Assembly: GCA_040387855.1 (NCBI GenBank)
Contig: JAZKCY010000001.1
Location: 846,922 to 910,921, forward strand
Direction: 5' to 3'
DNA length: 64,000 nucleotides
From: Patescibacteria group bacterium
Lineage (GTDB): Bacteria > Patescibacteriota > Minisyncoccia > Phycocordibacterales > JAKAEA01
Program-made: the position numbers and the translations under genes
Part shown: positions 37,239 through 47,381 of the stretch, piece after piece
Layout of the letters: the number at the start of each line of letters is the position of its first letter
Position numbering within the stretch: position 1 is the first letter of the stretch
Notes under the pieces: generated by a model
The model's input: the letters and a program-made list of their open reading frames with translations, nothing else
Databases searched by the model: none
What the model was told of the DNA's origin: nothing

Positions 37239-38066
37239 TTATTGAGGTAATGAATATGTGCTCCAACGTCTCTCACCCTCTTTTTTAATAAGACCTTCTT
37301 CAACCAGAGTCAGCAGTTCTCGTTGGATAGTTTTTTCACTATAATCTTTTACTACCGCAAGGAAGTCTTTAATACTGAGATTGTTTTGCTGTCGTAGCAG
37401 CGCAAGAATTGCCTCTCTACGCTCACTTTTTTTTACGGGGGAATTATCCTGAGATTCTACAGTGTGCTGAGATCGCTGTTGAACAGTTACATCTGGCCTA
37501 CTTACTTTTTTATCATAAGTGGGCACTACTGATTCTCGCACTCCTGTATTTCGATTACTTCCAAACCCTTGGCTAGCAGCTACAGCAGCTTGATGATGCT
37601 TCATCTGTAAATCGATATCTGCAAATAGAGTTGTATCAATAACCATCTTTGAAGCATATCGAGATGAAACTTTTGAAATGAGATCTTTCACTTTTGAAAT
37701 TTCTCGTTGGAGGACATTCGAATTCATTTCTGAAACTATCCCCGACCAATATGCCATTGAAAGATATGATCCCAACTCAAGGACATGGGCAGAGAGAATT
37801 TGAAGCAAATGCTGCTCTGACTTTAACGAAGCAATAAAAGACACGGAATCGTTCAAGCATTTTAAACAACTTTCCCTCAAAGACAATTTCATTATTTCAG
37901 TGTCAGGCAACTCATTAGTCACAAGGAAAAGAGCAGCTACAACATTCTCCACTCTTCTATAGAGAATATAGATATCATAATCACCTTTAAAGGCAATTGG
38001 ATCATATACGAGTCCCATTGATTGATTGTCCTTTTGGTAATTATTGTCCTTTTTGAATTCTGACAT
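37239..38066 (-). CDS. Hypothetical protein with a C-terminal winged-helix DNA-binding domain (putative transcriptional regulator, 275 aa)
   Basis: The C-terminal ...REAILALLRQQNNLSIKDFLAVVKDYSEKTIQRELLTLVEEGLIKKEG... has an HTH-like pattern. It is divergent from ftsK. Confidence 0.45.
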   Translation of the reverse strand: MSEFKKDNNYQKDNQSMGLVYDPIAFKGDYDIYILYRRVENVVAALFLVTNELPDTEIMKLSLRESCLKCLNDSVSFIASLKSEQHLLQILSAHVLELGSYLSMAYWSGIVSEMNSNVLQREISKVKDLISKVSSRYASKMVIDTTLFADIDLQMKHHQAAVAASQGFGSNRNTGVRESVVPTYDKKVSRPDVTVQQRSQHTVESQDNSPVKKSERREAILALLRQQNNLSIKDFLAVVKDYSEKTIQRELLTLVEEGLIKKEGERRWSTYSLPQ

Positions 38067-38108
38067 ATCTTGTCTTTTAGCATGTCCTTTATATAAGACA
38101 TGTATTTT

Positions 38109-38214
38109 TGTCCATTATATATGGGACAGTGTCTTTGTCAAAAAATCCTTGGTTAGAGCGCTTATTTTTTATGACTTATATGATATTTTTCCCATGTCTA
38201 TGCTAAAATAGACA
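38109..38214. promoter_or_regulatory. Two 20-bp TGTC-N12-GACA palindromes in the regulator/ftsK divergent intergenic region (candidate operators)
   Basis: TGTCCATTATATATGGGACA is at 38109-38128 and TGTCTATGCTAAAATAGACA at 38195-38214. The second overlaps an extended -10-like TGcTAAAAT. Confidence 0.35.
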
Positions 38215-38239
38215 CATACTTATTGAAATTCCTTTTAAG

Positions 38240-40507
38240 ATGGCTAAGAAAAATAATAAAAAGAAAAACAAAGAGAAACTAGAAGAAGTTGAGATTGTAG
38301 AGCGAAGTTATTTAAAAGAAGAAACAGTACGATTTATTTATGCAATAATCTTTTTTATTGCGGCTATAGTTCTTGTCTTTTCATCACTTCATCAGGCAGG
38401 TATTGTAGGTGAACAATTATACGGAGGACTTAGTTATTTATTAGGTATTGGATATTTCTTATTACCACTCCTTTTATCGGTGCTTGGAATAATCTTCCTA
38501 AAGTCTATTAAACAGAATATTGCATGGCCAAAGATTATAGGATCTTTTCTATTCTTATTCTCTGCATTAGGAATTATAAGTACCGTAATGAAAGATCTAG
38601 AAGGATTAGGCAGAGGTGGGCTTCTTGGTAATCTTATTTCTAATCCCCTGGTCTCCCTTTTTGATATAACCGTTACACTTGTAATATTAGGTGGCTTCTT
38701 AATCATCTCTGCTATCATTATTTTTGATACACACCTAACATTTAATAGCATTGCATTTTGGAGAAGGAAGCCTACTGAAGATGGAGCTGAATTTGAAGAA
38801 GATATAGAGATTGATGATGGAACTCCGGTACTTATTGAGGAGAAAAAACATGAACCTATTCCTGCTCCCGTTGTTGCTCGTTCTGAAGAAGAACTTGATA
38901 AGCCAAAGGGTCTCAAAAAAGTTCTTGGATTTGAAAAAGAAACAAAACCAAAAGATGCAGACTTCGCTATTGATGTAAGCAAATTTTTTGGTAAGCCATA
39001 CAATCCCCCTCCAATTTCACTTTTGGAACAAGATAAAGGAAAGCCTGTTGTTGGAGACGTAAAAGCAAATGCAAATATTATTAAGCGTACTCTTCAAAAT
39101 TTTGGCATTAATGTTGAAATGGATGAAGTTTCTATCGGACCATCAGTAACTCGATATGCGTTAAAACCAGCTGAAGGTGTGAAGCTTTCAAAAATTGTTG
39201 GCCTACAAAATGATCTATCGCTAGCACTTGCAGCTCACCCTCTCCGTATCGAAGCACCTATTCCTGGTAAGTCACTCGTAGGTATCGAAATTCCAAACAC
39301 AACAAAAACAATGGTTGGTCTCGGAACACTCTTTATGAATGATGAGTTTAAAAACTCAGACAAACCACTTCTTGTTGGACTCGGTAAAGGAATTTCTGGA
39401 AAGGCACATTTTGCAAACATTGCAAAAGCTCCTCACCTCCTTATTGCCGGTGCAACAGGATCTGGTAAATCAGTTACTGTTCATACAATAGTAACTTCCC
39501 TCTTATATAGAAACTCTCCAGTAAACCTTAAGTTTATTATGATCGACCCAAAACGAGTCGAACTTACCCAGTATAATAATATTCCCCATCTTCTAACTCC
39601 GGTTATAACTGAAGCAAAAAAGTCTATCTTGGCATTGAAGTGGGCAGGAAAAGAAATGGATCGACGATACGACATCCTTCAGGAACATAAAGTCCGAGAT
39701 ATTGATTCATATCATAAAAACATCCTCACTCCAGCTTTAAAGAAACTTGAGAAAGCAGGACCAAAGATTGAAGGTGAGGAGGCGGCAAAAATTCCTGAGG
39801 CAATGCCTTATATTGTGATTATCATCGACGAGTTGGCAGATCTTATGCAAGCATTCCCTCGAGAATTAGAATCAGCCATTGTTCGCCTTGCTCAAATGAG
39901 TCGAGCTGTTGGTATTCATCTTATTCTTTCAACACAACGACCATCGGTAAACGTTATTACAGGTCTTATTAAAGCAAACGTTCCTTCCCGACTTGCTCTT
40001 CAAGTGTCTTCACAAATAGACTCTCGAACTATCCTTGATGCTGCAGGAGCTGAAAAATTGCTTGGTGCCGGAGATATGCTCTTCCAATCTGCAGATATGT
40101 CCAAACCTCAACGTATTCAATCTGCCTTTATATCAGAAACAGAAATGAAAGCTGTCGTAAAGTATCTTATCGATAATTATGCAGATGAGCTACCAAATGA
40201 AATTAACCTTACTGAAGGTGCTGGTGAAAAGAACTCAATATTTGAATCATCATTTGATGACAATGATGGAGGTGACGACGATGACCTGTATGAGCAAGCT
40301 CGCGAGATTGTAATAAGCGCTGGTAAAGCCTCAACATCATATCTCCAAAGAAAACTAAGTATTGGATATGCTCGCGCAGCACGACTCATAGATATGCTTG
40401 AAGAGCGCGGAGTTATCGGCCCTGGATCAGGATCAAAACCACGAGAAGTTATGGGAGCAGGTGCAGTAGCAAACTCTGACTCATCTGGCGATGAATCAGG
40501 CCAATAA
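38240..40507 (+). CDS. ftsK: DNA translocase FtsK/SpoIIIE
   Basis: N-terminal TM helices, a linker, a motor domain with Walker A GATGSGKSV and ...IIIDELADLM... (Walker B), and a C-terminal gamma-like winged helix. Confidence 0.9.
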   Translation: MAKKNNKKKNKEKLEEVEIVERSYLKEETVRFIYAIIFFIAAIVLVFSSLHQAGIVGEQLYGGLSYLLGIGYFLLPLLLSVLGIIFLKSIKQNIAWPKIIGSFLFLFSALGIISTVMKDLEGLGRGGLLGNLISNPLVSLFDITVTLVILGGFLIISAIIIFDTHLTFNSIAFWRRKPTEDGAEFEEDIEIDDGTPVLIEEKKHEPIPAPVVARSEEELDKPKGLKKVLGFEKETKPKDADFAIDVSKFFGKPYNPPPISLLEQDKGKPVVGDVKANANIIKRTLQNFGINVEMDEVSIGPSVTRYALKPAEGVKLSKIVGLQNDLSLALAAHPLRIEAPIPGKSLVGIEIPNTTKTMVGLGTLFMNDEFKNSDKPLLVGLGKGISGKAHFANIAKAPHLLIAGATGSGKSVTVHTIVTSLLYRNSPVNLKFIMIDPKRVELTQYNNIPHLLTPVITEAKKSILALKWAGKEMDRRYDILQEHKVRDIDSYHKNILTPALKKLEKAGPKIEGEEAAKIPEAMPYIVIIIDELADLMQAFPRELESAIVRLAQMSRAVGIHLILSTQRPSVNVITGLIKANVPSRLALQVSSQIDSRTILDAAGAEKLLGAGDMLFQSADMSKPQRIQSAFISETEMKAVVKYLIDNYADELPNEINLTEGAGEKNSIFESSFDDNDGGDDDDLYEQAREIVISAGKASTSYLQRKLSIGYARAARLIDMLEERGVIGPGSGSKPREVMGAGAVANSDSSGDESGQ

Positions 40508-40526
40508 TAAATAAAGGTATATAATT

Positions 40527-40886
40527 ATGTATCATCAAGACGGCAAAGTACTCATAAAAATAATTGTAATCATTCTTATTATTGTTGGTATTGGAGGATA
40601 TTCTCTCTATCAAGCAAAAAATCTTATCTCTGGACCGAAAATTAGTCTTGCATGGCCTCAAAATGGAGCTACACTTGATAATCCTGCCGTAGCTATTAAA
40701 GGTATGGCAAAGAATATTGCATACATTAGTCTTAATGACCGGCAGATCTTTGTCGATAAAGATGGAAATTTTAATGAGGAATTATTACTCGCTCCAGGGT
40801 ATAATATATGGAAGCTTGAAGCGAAAGATAAGTTTGGTAGGAACGTCGTCAAGAAGATAGAATTGGTCTTGAACAAAGCTTTATAG
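40527..40886 (+). CDS. Hypothetical membrane-anchored protein (119 aa)
   Basis: N-terminal TM helix (IKIIVIILIIVGIGGYSLY) followed by a small soluble domain. Confidence 0.45.
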   Translation: MYHQDGKVLIKIIVIILIIVGIGGYSLYQAKNLISGPKISLAWPQNGATLDNPAVAIKGMAKNIAYISLNDRQIFVDKDGNFNEELLLAPGYNIWKLEAKDKFGRNVVKKIELVLNKAL

Positions 40887-40919
40887 AAATTTTATTAACG
40901 CCGGGTAAGATACGAATAT

Positions 40920-41984
40920 ATGGCAAAAAAAGATAAAAAAGAACCGAAGTCTGGAAATGCAGGTATTGATGCAGCGTTAGCAGAAATAAAAACAAAGTTC
41001 GGTGATGAAGCAATCATGAAACTTGGAGATAAACCCAAGGTTGATGTGGATGCAATCCCCACAGGATCTATAGGTCTTGATGCAGCGCTTGGTGTAGGTG
41101 GTCTTCCTCGAGGACGAATTATTGAAGTCTTTGGACCAGAATCATCTGGTAAGACTACCCTTGCCTTACACGTAATTGCTGAAGCACAAAAGAAAGGAGG
41201 TATTTGTGCTTACATCGATGCAGAACATGCAATGGATCCTGCCTATGCTCAAAAGCTTGGTGTAAACATTAACGAGCTTCTTATCTCTCAACCTGATACA
41301 GGAGAACAAGGTCTTGAAATCACAGAAAGTCTCGTACGATCTGGAAAAATCGACATTGTAGTTGTCGACTCTGTTGCTGCCCTTACTCCTAAAGATGAAA
41401 TTGAAGGAGATATGGGTGCTCAGCACATGGGTAAACAAGCTCGATTGATGTCACAAGCTCTTCGAAAGCTTACTGGTATCGTGGCAAAATCAAAGACCAT
41501 GGTGATCTTTATCAACCAAATCCGAATGCAAATTGGTGTGATGTTTGGTAACCCAGAAACAACTCCTGGAGGAAAGGCCCTCAAGTTCTATGCATCCGTA
41601 CGTATCGATATCCGACGAATTGCTCAGATTAAGAAAGGTGAAGAAATTGTAGGAGGCCGAGTACGAGTTAAAGTCGTTAAGAATAAAGTTGCTGCTCCAT
41701 TTAGACAAACAGAATTTGATTTGATTTATAACGAAGGAATTTCACAAGAAGGTGAAATGATTGCTCTTGGAGAAAAGATGGGCATCATTCAAAAGTCAGG
41801 TACTTCATATGCCTATGGCGATGTAAAACTCGGCCGAGGATATGATGCTACTCGAACATATCTCAAAGAGAATAAGGAGTTGAAAGATGAAATCTTAGGG
41901 TTAATCCGAGACAATCTCAAAAACGATGATGTTCTTATGATTAAGGGCGCACCCGAAGATTCATCAACAGATGATGCAGAATAA
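40920..41984 (+). CDS. recA: Recombinase RecA
   Basis: Canonical RecA blocks: [20 protein letters not shown] (Walker A), [20 protein letters not shown] and loop L2 ...[22 protein letters not shown].... Confidence 0.95.
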   Translation: MAKKDKKEPKSGNAGIDAALAEIKTKFGDEAIMKLGDKPKVDVDAIPTGSIGLDAALGVGGLPRGRIIEVFGPESSGKTTLALHVIAEAQKKGGICAYIDAEHAMDPAYAQKLGVNINELLISQPDTGEQGLEITESLVRSGKIDIVVVDSVAALTPKDEIEGDMGAQHMGKQARLMSQALRKLTGIVAKSKTMVIFINQIRMQIGVMFGNPETTPGGKALKFYASVRIDIRRIAQIKKGEEIVGGRVRVKVVKNKVAAPFRQTEFDLIYNEGISQEGEMIALGEKMGIIQKSGTSYAYGDVKLGRGYDATRTYLKENKELKDEILGLIRDNLKNDDVLMIKGAPEDSSTDDAE

Positions 41985-42004
41985 ATTCTTATTTAATAAA
42001 AATC

Positions 42005-42376
42005 ATGAAAAATAACCCTGATAGTCTCTTGATGGTAAATAATATGGATCGACCTTCCCTATTAACCAAAATTGAAATTCCTGAAGGTTTCACAAAAGGT
42101 AAGGATGGTTCAGCACGATTAGATGGAATAAAAGACTGTTTATCGACCCGAATGGTAGATCAATTCCGAGCAATGAATCAACAACCCGATGCTTCAACTG
42201 TAGAAGAGGCTATTAATGCTTATGTTGCTGAGTATAGTCCATTTGATCTCACTGATTCTGAGTCAGCTAGACTTAATCATCCTGATTTAATAGATTCTGC
42301 AGCTCAAGATACTGTGACGGGTTTTGTAAGAAGCTTAAAACAAGACGTTTTACGAGATCTTGGACTTCTCAAATAG
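42005..42376 (+). CDS. Hypothetical protein (123 aa)
   Basis: ORF track entry. It sits in the position often occupied by recX, but no RecX-like helical repeat pattern was recognised. Confidence 0.4.
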   Translation: MKNNPDSLLMVNNMDRPSLLTKIEIPEGFTKGKDGSARLDGIKDCLSTRMVDQFRAMNQQPDASTVEEAINAYVAEYSPFDLTDSESARLNHPDLIDSAAQDTVTGFVRSLKQDVLRDLGLLK

Positions 42377-42451
42377 ATAGACTTTCTCCCAAACCTAAGC
42401 TAGAATCGATAGTACTTAATTAGTATTATCGATTTTTAGTACACCACTGCC

Positions 42452-43033
42452 ATGAGCATGCTTGAATACAACGAAATAACCGTTAATAAATTTATCATCA
42501 TTGAAGGCCAGCCATACGTAGTACTTGATTCTCATGTATTCCGAAAGCAGCAGCGAAAGCCCGTAAATGCTACAAAGCTACGAAACCTCATTACTGGCAA
42601 CGTTAAGGAAATCTCTTTCCACGTATCAGAAAAAGTTGAATCTGCTGACCTAGAAAAAAGAAATGTTAAATTCCTATTCACGAATAAAGGTGAATGGTGG
42701 TTCTGTGAAGTAAACGACCCAGCGAAGCGATTTAAACTTCCTGCTGTAATGGTTGGAGAGAACGGTAAGTTTATGAAGGCTAATACCCTTGTAGAATCGC
42801 TTGTATTCAATGAGGAAATCATTGGTGTGACTTTACCTATTAAAGTTGATCTTAAGGTTACAGAGGCATTTCCAGCCGTTAAAGGAGATACTGCAAAAGG
42901 TGGATCAAAAACGGTAAAGCTTGAAACCGGAGCAACAATAAACGTCCCTATGTTCATCAATCAAGATGAAATCATTCGAATCAATACTGAAACTGGTGAA
43001 TACGTAGAACGAGTTGGAGGAAATAGTTTCTAA
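42452..43033 (+). CDS. efp: Elongation factor P
   Basis: The conserved loop region ...RKQQRKPVNATKLRNLITGN... matches the EF-P KPGKG/TKLRN signature region. The length is 193 aa. Confidence 0.85.
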   Translation: MSMLEYNEITVNKFIIIEGQPYVVLDSHVFRKQQRKPVNATKLRNLITGNVKEISFHVSEKVESADLEKRNVKFLFTNKGEWWFCEVNDPAKRFKLPAVMVGENGKFMKANTLVESLVFNEEIIGVTLPIKVDLKVTEAFPAVKGDTAKGGSKTVKLETGATINVPMFINQDEIIRINTETGEYVERVGGNSF

Positions 43034-43051
43034 GATCTCCCTCCTGACAAT

Positions 43052-43084
43052 AAAAAATCCCTACTAATTAGTAGGGATTTTTTA
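43052..43084 (+). terminator. Rho-independent terminator after efp
   Basis: aaaaaatccctactaattagtagggatttttt forms a perfect 9-bp stem with a T-run. Confidence 0.6.
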
Positions 43085-43118
43085 TTGTATACTTATAGAT
43101 ACGTTAATTATTTATTAC

Positions 43119-43496
43119 ATGAGCGCATCAGCACAAGCCCTAGAAACCCTTAAACGAGAAATTGAAGCCTCTAAACGCGAAATCCAACGTAAAGAGCCCG
43201 ACCTAAAAAGAAAAGCAGATGAACACAATAGACTCAAGGCAGAAGTCGCTAAAATGGAACAGGACGTAGGGCACTTTAAAGCAGAGCAACAAAAGAAAGA
43301 ATTAGAACTTAAAAAGAAGGAAGAGGAGATAAATCGTAAAAAACAAGAAGAAACAAAGATGGAACAAGAGATAGAACGAATGAAGAAAGAGATCGAACAT
43401 ATTCATTCCGAGCTCGAGCATCATGCCCGTGAAATGGAAAGTATGCAACGGGAATTGGAACACACTCTTGAAGAGTCAAAAAGAAAAGCAGCATAA
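43119..43496 (+). CDS. Hypothetical highly charged coiled-coil protein (125 aa)
   Basis: E/K/R-rich heptad-like sequence throughout, with its own terminator downstream. Confidence 0.5.
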   Translation: MSASAQALETLKREIEASKREIQRKEPDLKRKADEHNRLKAEVAKMEQDVGHFKAEQQKKELELKKKEEEINRKKQEETKMEQEIERMKKEIEHIHSELEHHAREMESMQRELEHTLEESKRKAA

Positions 43497-43503
43497 ACTC
43501 AAA

Positions 43504-43536
43504 CAAAAAAACTCCAGCGTTATGCTGGAGTTTTTT
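43504..43536. terminator. Bidirectional rho-independent terminator
   Basis: aaaaaactccagc gttat gctggagtttttt. Confidence 0.6.
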
Positions 43537-43547
43537 GTTTATAGTCT

Positions 43548-43793
43548 TTATCGAGACACGAATGGGAGGAGTCCCATAAATCGTGCGCGCTTCACGGCTG
43601 TTGCGAGCTGGCGCTGGCTCTTTGAGCTTGTGCCTGTTCGCTTTCGTGAAATCATTCGAGCATGAGGATTAAGAAACTTCTTGAGAATCTCAATATCCTT
43701 ATAATCGATATGCTTTATATTATTCTGTGAAAAGTAACACTGCTTTGACATGATAATTTGCGGCTTATTGTATTGTGTAGTTTTTGATTGCAC
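43548..43793 (-). CDS. rpsR: 30S ribosomal protein S18
   Basis: ...ISRKRTGTSSKSQRQLATAVKRARFMGLLPF... matches the bS18 core. It is downstream of ssb in the canonical operon. Confidence 0.85.
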   Translation of the reverse strand: MQSKTTQYNKPQIIMSKQCYFSQNNIKHIDYKDIEILKKFLNPHARMISRKRTGTSSKSQRQLATAVKRARFMGLLPFVSR

Positions 43794-43798
43794 GTTGT

Positions 43799-44269
43799 TT
43801 AAAATGGAATGTCTTCTGGGTTGATTTCTTCCTCTGGATATTCGATGGTATCAATTCCTTCGTTTTTGTCAACCTTTGGGCTTGCTTGGTTGCCTTGTGA
43901 AGCAGGAGCTCCAGCTGAGGCAGGACCAGGGCCACCTGCACTTGCTCGATTACCAAACTGAACTCGATCTGCAATGATTTCTGTTCGGTAGAGCTTCTTT
44001 CCGTCTGCACCATCCCATGATCGGGTCTGCATTCGGCCTTCTACAAGTACTGATGAACCCTTCTTAAGATACTGAGCCGCTGTTTCAGCCTGACGGCCAA
44101 ACACTACTACGTTGTGATAATCAGCTGACTCTTGTCGAGCTCCGCTTTTATCTTTCCAAACTCGATTGGTTGCTACTGAGAAACTTGCCACTTGAATACC
44201 TGATGGGAGTGATTTAAGCTCCGGATCTCGTGTGAGATTTCCTATAACAATTGCTCGGTTGAGATACAT
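43799..44269 (-). CDS. ssb: Single-stranded DNA-binding protein
   Basis: The OB fold MYLNRAIVIGNLTRDPEL...YHNVVVFGRQAE..., a Gly/Pro/Ala-rich linker and the C-terminal acidic tail ...EEEINPEDIPF. Confidence 0.9.
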   Translation of the reverse strand: MYLNRAIVIGNLTRDPELKSLPSGIQVASFSVATNRVWKDKSGARQESADYHNVVVFGRQAETAAQYLKKGSSVLVEGRMQTRSWDGADGKKLYRTEIIADRVQFGNRASAGGPGPASAGAPASQGNQASPKVDKNEGIDTIEYPEEEINPEDIPF

Positions 44270-44278
44270 AGTTGATTA

Positions 44279-44800
44279 TTATACGACTAAATTATCTATT
44301 GTTTTGTCGATATCTTCTCCTTCTACCTTTGGAGCTTCTGCATCATCTTTAGCTTCACCTTCTACTCCTTCAGGAGCATCAGTTGGCTTAAAGAGTACTT
44401 TCTGAGCCACCATAGTGTTCTCTCGAACAGTATTGATAGTCATGAATCTAATAAGTGTTTCCATCTTATCAAGATCTTCCTTAATGAGTGGAATTGCATG
44501 TGAGGTTGCCTCAAATTTAATCCATCCAAAATAGGCTTCAGAATACTTTGATCGCTTGCTTCCTACCACTTTAACCATTTCATAAGCGAGTGGTCGTAGT
44601 GTCGGAAAGTCCTCGGTAATAAAGGTTCCTTGTCGGCTTTCAATACTTGCCTTGATTGCCTGTACCTCTTGTGGAAGGTTTTCTTCCGCAATTGTAGGAA
44701 CGAGGAGATAGCCGATCTCGTAGACTTTCATCCCGTTATCGTTTTTCATTTCGTTTTTTGCCATGACCCACAGATTATCACATATCTCTGTGGCTTGCAA
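44279..44800 (-). CDS. rpsF: 30S ribosomal protein S6 (start probably at an internal Met)
   Basis: KVYEIGYLLVP... resembles the bS6 N-terminus (YEIVFMVHP) and there is an acidic C-terminal tail. The ORF may begin at MAKNEM or MKVYEI rather than at 44800. Confidence 0.75.
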   Translation of the reverse strand: MQATEICDNLWVMAKNEMKNDNGMKVYEIGYLLVPTIAEENLPQEVQAIKASIESRQGTFITEDFPTLRPLAYEMVKVVGSKRSKYSEAYFGWIKFEATSHAIPLIKEDLDKMETLIRFMTINTVRENTMVAQKVLFKPTDAPEGVEGEAKDDAEAPKVEGEDIDKTIDNLVV

Positions 44801-44829
44801 TAGCTTAGCATAGCCATATGAAATAGTTT

Positions 44830-45615
44830 TTAAGAAGGTCTAAAAAAGACCTTAAGGGTTGTTTCCATGAGAGCCTGCTTAACAGATTCAAGGTCCTTAC
44901 CTTTAATTTCAGCTATTTTCTTCACTATTTCCTCAACATAGAGCGGACTGTTTCGTTTTCCTCGATAAGGCACGGGAGCAGCAAATGGACTATCAGTTTC
45001 AGCCATCATATGGCTTAAAGGCACATATCGCACAACTTCCTGGTACTGTGGAGCAAATGTAATAGGCCCAGTAAATGACATCGTGAAGTCTAATTCCAAT
45101 ATCTGAGCAGCAATATCTAACGGCGAAGTAAAAAAATGAAAATTTGCTCGTAAGACATCTCCATATTCCCTCTTTTTTGAGGCTAAAAGGGCAAGAACAT
45201 CTGGGTATGCATCTCTGCAATGAATCATTAAAGGTTTACTATGAGCAACAGCAAAAGCAATTTGTTTTTCAAATTCATCTTTCTGTCGCTGTTTCTCTAT
45301 GTCAGGACTTTCAGGTAGCCGCGCATAATCAAGACCACATTCCCCTATTGCTACGGTTTTTGGATGATTAACCAACACTAAGTAATCTGCTTCGTTAAAA
45401 GATTCAGTGGCATTATCTGCAGGATGAAGACCAACAGCAGCATAAAGATGTGCATGTTTTGTTGCCAATTCTACGGCATTTCGTGAGGTTTGAAGATCAA
45501 CTCCAATAGTTATTGTTGCAACCTTCTGCTTTCGCATCTCTTCAATTACCTGATCTCGATCTAGATCAAAATCTTTAAAATCCAAATGTGAATGAATATC
45601 AAAATAGTCGTACAT
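44830..45615 (-). CDS. tatD: TatD-family metal-dependent DNase/hydrolase
   Basis: N-terminal DIHSHLDF (the metal-binding HxH) and TIM-barrel hydrolase blocks. The length is 261 aa. Confidence 0.85.
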   Translation of the reverse strand: MYDYFDIHSHLDFKDFDLDRDQVIEEMRKQKVATITIGVDLQTSRNAVELATKHAHLYAAVGLHPADNATESFNEADYLVLVNHPKTVAIGECGLDYARLPESPDIEKQRQKDEFEKQIAFAVAHSKPLMIHCRDAYPDVLALLASKKREYGDVLRANFHFFTSPLDIAAQILELDFTMSFTGPITFAPQYQEVVRYVPLSHMMAETDSPFAAPVPYRGKRNSPLYVEEIVKKIAEIKGKDLESVKQALMETTLKVFFRPS

Positions 45616-45921
45616 TTAAATTATCATTTTCCTAAGTTTATCCTGAAGTTGTCTCAGCTGTTCTAATTCGAGATCTAAGTCTTCATTGCTTTCAAACTGA
45701 ATTTGAGCACCTTGGTCCGATAAACCTTTTTTTATCTCTGTATGATCATCAATACTGTCTTTAACCTCCTGTTCAATAGCTTCTTTAAAGACTGGATCAT
45801 TTCTATCCAATATAAGTTGAATTACAGCTTTGTCATTATATCCAGACATGCTATCAAGTAAAAAACTAGTGATCATGTCACGAGCTTCACCTTCATAAGG
45901 ATTATTTCTAGGTTGTTCCAT
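45616..45921 (-). CDS. Hypothetical protein (101 aa)
   Basis: ORF track entry. It abuts tatD with no gap. Confidence 0.4.
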   Translation of the reverse strand: MEQPRNNPYEGEARDMITSFLLDSMSGYNDKAVIQLILDRNDPVFKEAIEQEVKDSIDDHTEIKKGLSDQGAQIQFESNEDLDLELEQLRQLQDKLRKMII

Positions 45922-45932
45922 ATATATACTAT

Positions 45933-47381
45933 TTAATCTTTTCTCATAAATAACGGCTGTTCTGGCATCTTTCGCTCTTTGATAAGAGCTTGAATTGCAG
46001 CACCAGTTGTTGGTAGTACTGGTTCTAATTGCTGAGCTATTTTATAAAGACTAAATAGTAAATGATGAATATCTTTCTTCCCTGCCTCAAGATCTACTTT
46101 TACTTTCTTAAAAGGCTGCTCTGTTTGAATGTATCCATCAAGATCTGAAATTTGTTTCCAAATTGCTTCAAGAGCTTTGTTAATTTGATAATGTTCATAG
46201 AACTCAATCGGAGATCCATCACCAAACACAGTAGTTTTTAAATCATCATCTGTTAATGCAACTTCGTTTGTTATTGTCATTTTTAAGATTCTAGAGGTGA
46301 GATTTCCAAGACCATTGGCTAAATCAGCATTAAATGCAGTCTTAAATTTATCCATTGTAAAATCACTATCCTCAAACGGATGAATATGTCGTGCTAAGTA
46401 GTATCGAAGTGGTTCTATGCCATATTCTTCGACAATGTCATATGGGTTTATCACATTTCCTAAAGATTTAGACATTTTTTGACCACCAGAAGTAATAAAG
46501 CCGTGAATTACTATTTGTTTTGAAGGTGGTAGATCTGCAGCCATGAGCATGGCTTGCCACATCGCTGATTGCTGCCGAAGATTGTCTTTTCCAGCAAACT
46601 GGACTACAGGCCAATAGGTATTAAACTTATCAAGATTGGTTGGCCAGCCTATCGCTGATATATAATTTACAAGAGCATCAAACCATACATACATAACCTG
46701 ACTATCATCACCTGGTACAGGCACACCCCAGGGCATCTTGCTCTTGAGACGTGAAATACTAAAGTCTTCTAGCCCTCGAGAAATAAAAGCTTTTATTTCA
46801 TTAAATCTAAAATCTGGAACAACAAACTCAGGATTGTCTTTATAATGCTGTTCTAGCTTTTCTTTAAATGCACTAAATTTAAAAAAGTAATTTTCTTCTT
46901 CTATTAATTCTATTTGTAAATTAGGATGAATAGGACACTTATCATCTACTAATTCTGAATCTGTCTTTTCAAGCTCACAACCAACGCAATATTTAACCGA
47001 ATAGCTCTTTTTAGTTATATAGCCATTTTTATCACAAATCTTCCAAAAGTCTTGTGCAGCTGCTTTATGATGAACATCAGTAGTTCGAATAAAATTTAAC
47101 TCTGAAAGACCTAATTTATCTTTAAGACCTCTAAATTTCTCAGCATACCCATCAACATATGTTTGAGTATCTATACCTGCTTCTTCAGCCTTCCTGTGTA
47201 TTTTGAGGCCGTGTTCATCGGTACCAGTGTTAAAGAAAACATCGTATCCCATCAGGCGTTTGTATCGAGCAATAATATCAGCTTGCACTATTTCCAAAGC
47301 AAAACCAATATGTGGATCTGAGTTCACATACGGCAAAGTCGTCGTTATATAAAATGCGTTTTTATTGTTCTGGTTCTGCAT
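45933..47381 (-). CDS. metG: Methionyl-tRNA synthetase (short form)
   Basis: Class I HIGH region ...TTLPYVNSDPHIGFALEIVQADIIARYKRLMGYDVFFNTGTDEHGLKI... closely matches the MetRS consensus. KMSKSLGNVI is present. Confidence 0.9.
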   Translation of the reverse strand: MQNQNNKNAFYITTTLPYVNSDPHIGFALEIVQADIIARYKRLMGYDVFFNTGTDEHGLKIHRKAEEAGIDTQTYVDGYAEKFRGLKDKLGLSELNFIRTTDVHHKAAAQDFWKICDKNGYITKKSYSVKYCVGCELEKTDSELVDDKCPIHPNLQIELIEEENYFFKFSAFKEKLEQHYKDNPEFVVPDFRFNEIKAFISRGLEDFSISRLKSKMPWGVPVPGDDSQVMYVWFDALVNYISAIGWPTNLDKFNTYWPVVQFAGKDNLRQQSAMWQAMLMAADLPPSKQIVIHGFITSGGQKMSKSLGNVINPYDIVEEYGIEPLRYYLARHIHPFEDSDFTMDKFKTAFNADLANGLGNLTSRILKMTITNEVALTDDDLKTTVFGDGSPIEFYEHYQINKALEAIWKQISDLDGYIQTEQPFKKVKVDLEAGKKDIHHLLFSLYKIAQQLEPVLPTTGAAIQALIKERKMPEQPLFMRKD

